This document shows, one piece after another, positions 34,413 through 36,605 of a stretch of 36,605 nt of DNA. The number at the start of each line of letters is the position of its first letter. Within the stretch, counting starts at the first letter, position 1. The translations under genes and the position numbers were made by a program. The stretch is from a virus (Duplodnaviria; Caudoviricetes): IMG/VR virus record IMGVR_UViG_3300020045_009119, positions 1-36,605 of that record; one strand, 5' to 3'. The notes below the pieces were generated by a model. That model was not told where the DNA came from and did not search any database. It saw only the letters and a program-made list of their open reading frames with translations.

Positions 34413-34688
34413 TTATTCGCCCCGGTGTTCTAATACTTTTTCAAATACAATTATTTGATTTTTCATATCCTGTTCGATGCTGTCGTTATGTCTAATCCCG
34501 CTGTTAAATGCGTCTAGGGCCATATCTCCGTCTGGCTCTCCCCACGCATATTCATTAGGACGAGTGGCAATCGTTCGTTGTAGCATCTTAATACAGTTTT
34601 GTATGTGGCTAGACTGCATATCGGTGACGCGTAGCTTTTCGCCATTGTTGGTTGTCCAATATAAACTGCTTGCCTTAATTTTCATCAC
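34413..34688 (-). CDS. phage hypothetical protein
   Basis: WTT..G....I.DM...HI.N...ML-type motif; GAGG RBS. Confidence 0.7.
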   Translation of the reverse strand: MMKIKASSLYWTTNNGEKLRVTDMQSSHIQNCIKMLQRTIATRPNEYAWGEPDGDMALDAFNSGIRHNDSIEQDMKNQIIVFEKVLEHRGE

Positions 34689-34950
34689 CTACCTCGGTTG
34701 GTTGCTCTTTTTGAAAGCCTAGATTTTCAGCCACTTCGTCTGATACATAGCCACTATCTGTATAGAAGCCGTCTTCGTCTTGGCCTATAATATTGATTGC
34801 TGTAGTATTGTTGTTCATGGTCGTCCTTTCTTTATTATCAAGGGCATCGGTAAACGCCTGGTGGCGCTCCATGTCCTCCACTTGGTCGATTGGCTCGGCT
34901 TCGCTCATCTGGTCGTCTGAAAAACTATCGAACATAGATATACTAAACAT
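34675..34950 (-). CDS. acidic hypothetical protein
   Basis: GAGGAGG RBS. Confidence 0.55.
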   Translation of the reverse strand: MFSISMFDSFSDDQMSEAEPIDQVEDMERHQAFTDALDNKERTTMNNNTTAINIIGQDEDGFYTDSGYVSDEVAENLGFQKEQPTEVGDEN

Positions 34951-34952
34951 AG

Positions 34953-35231
34953 TTATGCCTCCTCTAGTTTCATCGTTAAGTCTTGGCTTAGTAGTTGGCG
35001 GATAGCTTGGGACTTCTCGTCGTCGCGACTCCGCATGAGTTGAATGGTCTGCTCTGCCCAGACGAGGGCTGCGACGAGTTCAATAGGGTCAGCCTCTTGC
35101 TCCATAGCGTTTCGGGCGATGATTGAGAGGCGGTTGGTTACGTCCCAGACATTTAGCTCGTCTTTCCAGCTATCTATCTGCTTGAGTTCTTTTAGCTTTG
35201 CTTTTACGTCGTCTTTTGATACGGTGGTCAT
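34953..35231 (-). CDS. helical hypothetical protein
   Basis: TAATG-coupled; GAGG RBS. Confidence 0.65.
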   Translation of the reverse strand: MTTVSKDDVKAKLKELKQIDSWKDELNVWDVTNRLSIIARNAMEQEADPIELVAALVWAEQTIQLMRSRDDEKSQAIRQLLSQDLTMKLEEA

Positions 35232-35410
35232 TAGTTTACATCCTCGTCTTCCTTGAGAGCGTCGATAATATCTTGCTCAAAATTAAAGTTATACAGTTGT
35301 CGTAGTCGTTCCATGACTAATTGCACCTTAAACTCGGTTGGTTTGACGCCTGCTTGGCGCATTATCCGTGCAATAGTTAGGCCATTATCTTCCGAAAAAG
35401 TTGCTTTCAT
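35231..35410 (-). CDS. hypothetical protein, 59 aa
   Basis: Read manually (MKATFSEDNGL...); GAGGA RBS. Confidence 0.55.
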   Translation of the reverse strand: MKATFSEDNGLTIARIMRQAGVKPTEFKVQLVMERLRQLYNFNFEQDIIDALKEDEDVN

Positions 35411-35501
35411 TTTGTCCTCTTTTCTTTGATAGATAAGCGGATACGTTCCACTTTGTACCAGGTTAGTAATTTAATAAAGGGTAGTTTATAGCGATACATA
35501 G

Positions 35502-35744
35502 CTAAGCCTCGTATGCGTGATAAATTAGATTGTTTTGATGTGGGGTTAGTTTACCTAGCTCAATCATTAGAGCCTTGGCCTTTTCTTTTGTGCCAAGGAT
35601 ATTATGCTCAAGCTCCCACTCTAGGCCGCCACTGTACCATTTTATTTCAAATAGGTCGCCCGATAGTTCTTTTATCAGTTTTGGCAATGCGTCAAAGTCA
35701 GATTGAAATTGTGCTGACCAGTTGTCTTTTAAGTATGCCTCCAT
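35502..35744 (-). CDS. hypothetical protein
   Basis: TAATG-coupled. Confidence 0.6.
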   Translation of the reverse strand: MEAYLKDNWSAQFQSDFDALPKLIKELSGDLFEIKWYSGGLEWELEHNILGTKEKAKALMIELGKLTPHQNNLIYHAYEA

Positions 35745-35971
35745 TAGATTGCACCTTCTAAAAAGTCAATTGCACCGCCCATAATACCGCCCGCGATGTC
35801 TTGCTCGTTAGCGTCTAGCTTGTGCCATAATGTAAACAGTTCGGCTATGTCGTACTTGTAGCGGTTGGCTACGTCGTACATAATGCCGCCGTAACTATCC
35901 GCCATAATTTGTCTGTAAGCAGGTAGTGCTTCAATCTCGTTTAGCTTCTGTTGTAGTGTGGAAAATGCCAT
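35744..35971 (-). CDS. hypothetical protein
   Basis: AAGGAG RBS. Confidence 0.7.
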   Translation of the reverse strand: MAFSTLQQKLNEIEALPAYRQIMADSYGGIMYDVANRYKYDIAELFTLWHKLDANEQDIAGGIMGGAIDFLEGAI

Positions 35972-35998
35972 AATTGTTAGTTCTCCTTTATAGAGTGA

Positions 35999-36169
35999 TT
36001 AGTTGATTGTTTCGTCATCTGCAAGATACACCTCAGCGATAAAAGCTGTTGGATAGGCGTTCTGGCATTGTTCTTTTGCGTGGTCGCTATCGTCAGCCCA
36101 GCACTCAAACACTTCACTTTCAAAGTCTGGCGTATCCTCGTTGTTGTAGCTACAAATATATAGTTTCAT
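35999..36169 (-). CDS. small acidic phage protein
   Basis: ATG 36169 with AAGGGG upstream; F.C.A....HA.EQC..AYP pattern. Confidence 0.6.
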   Translation of the reverse strand: MKLYICSYNNEDTPDFESEVFECWADDSDHAKEQCQNAYPTAFIAEVYLADDETIN

Positions 36170-36355
36170 AACAATCCCCCTTAGACCGTTATCGCTACCA
36201 GTAGCAGATAGACGGCAATAAATAATAGTGTACATTTGATGTAGTGAATGAGGCGACGCATTAGAGCGCCACCTTTATTACTACTTTGATAATAGGTTGT
36301 GTATTGTCCGATATTGTAAACATTTTGTGTTATCCTGTTTGTTTTTAGTTGGTGG

Positions 36356-36604
36356 TTAGTTTAATACGTTGGTAAAGTCTGGCGCTGTTGGTGTGCCAAA
36401 GATAAAATCATACACGTCATTAACACTGTTAATGTCTGCCATTTGGTTATTCTGAATTGATTTTGCTTTGATTAAGTCGCCCGTGTTAGCGTCAAAAGCT
36501 AACACCTCATAATTACCCATGCCGCCATCAAATCCAAAGATGTGATTTCCAACTTGTCGGGTTATTTTACCGCCCATGTCCACGAAGTTTTTTAATGCGT
36601 TCAT
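36356..36604 (-). CDS. hypothetical protein (may extend beyond the window)
   Basis: ORF at the window edge. Confidence 0.55.
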   Translation of the reverse strand: MNALKNFVDMGGKITRQVGNHIFGFDGGMGNYEVLAFDANTGDLIKAKSIQNNQMADINSVNDVYDFIFGTPTAPDFTNVLN

Positions 36605-36605
36605 A

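Noticed and set aside
1-36605. CRISPR array, tRNA, rRNA, DGR or reverse transcriptase
   Set aside because: No spaced repeat series, cloverleaf with T-loop consensus, RT motif or TR/VR pair was seen by eye.
1-36605. Alternative genetic code (TGA or TAG recoding)
   Set aside because: Long ORFs are intact under code 11, and TGA, TAG and TAA all end genes, often in ATGA/TAATG overlaps.

Overview
The window is almost entirely a dsDNA tailed-phage (or prophage) genome with podovirus-like organisation and the standard genetic code. The + strand block (2933-25147) runs terminase small and large subunits, portal, scaffold, major capsid, head-tail adaptor, nozzle, ejection proteins (including an 1839-aa giant), a LamG tail protein, lysis genes and a second structural module. 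A - strand block (25269-36604, plus 1015-2168) carries many small genes, including a NinG-like nuclease, a PD-(D/E)XK exonuclease, an SSB-like protein and an HNH-AP2 endonuclease. I recognised no integrase, repressor, polymerase, primase or helicase. The gene repertoire suggests a Patescibacteria/Saccharibacteria host, which is an unverified inference. The strongest finding is a 289-aa intein in the Walker A motif of the terminase large subunit whose NUMOD4-HNH homing endonuclease is a separate gene overprinted in the +1 frame, with both frames free of stops. Other notable signals are a probable -1 frameshift fusing a membrane anchor to a transglycosylase-like domain, a repeat-flanked AT-rich in-frame cassette in the giant ejection protein, convergent sigma70 promoters with a duplicated 15-mer (candidate antisense control), several strand-specific structured RNA candidates, and a recurrent leader motif with mini upstream ORFs. 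All family assignments come from motif recognition by eye, not database searches.
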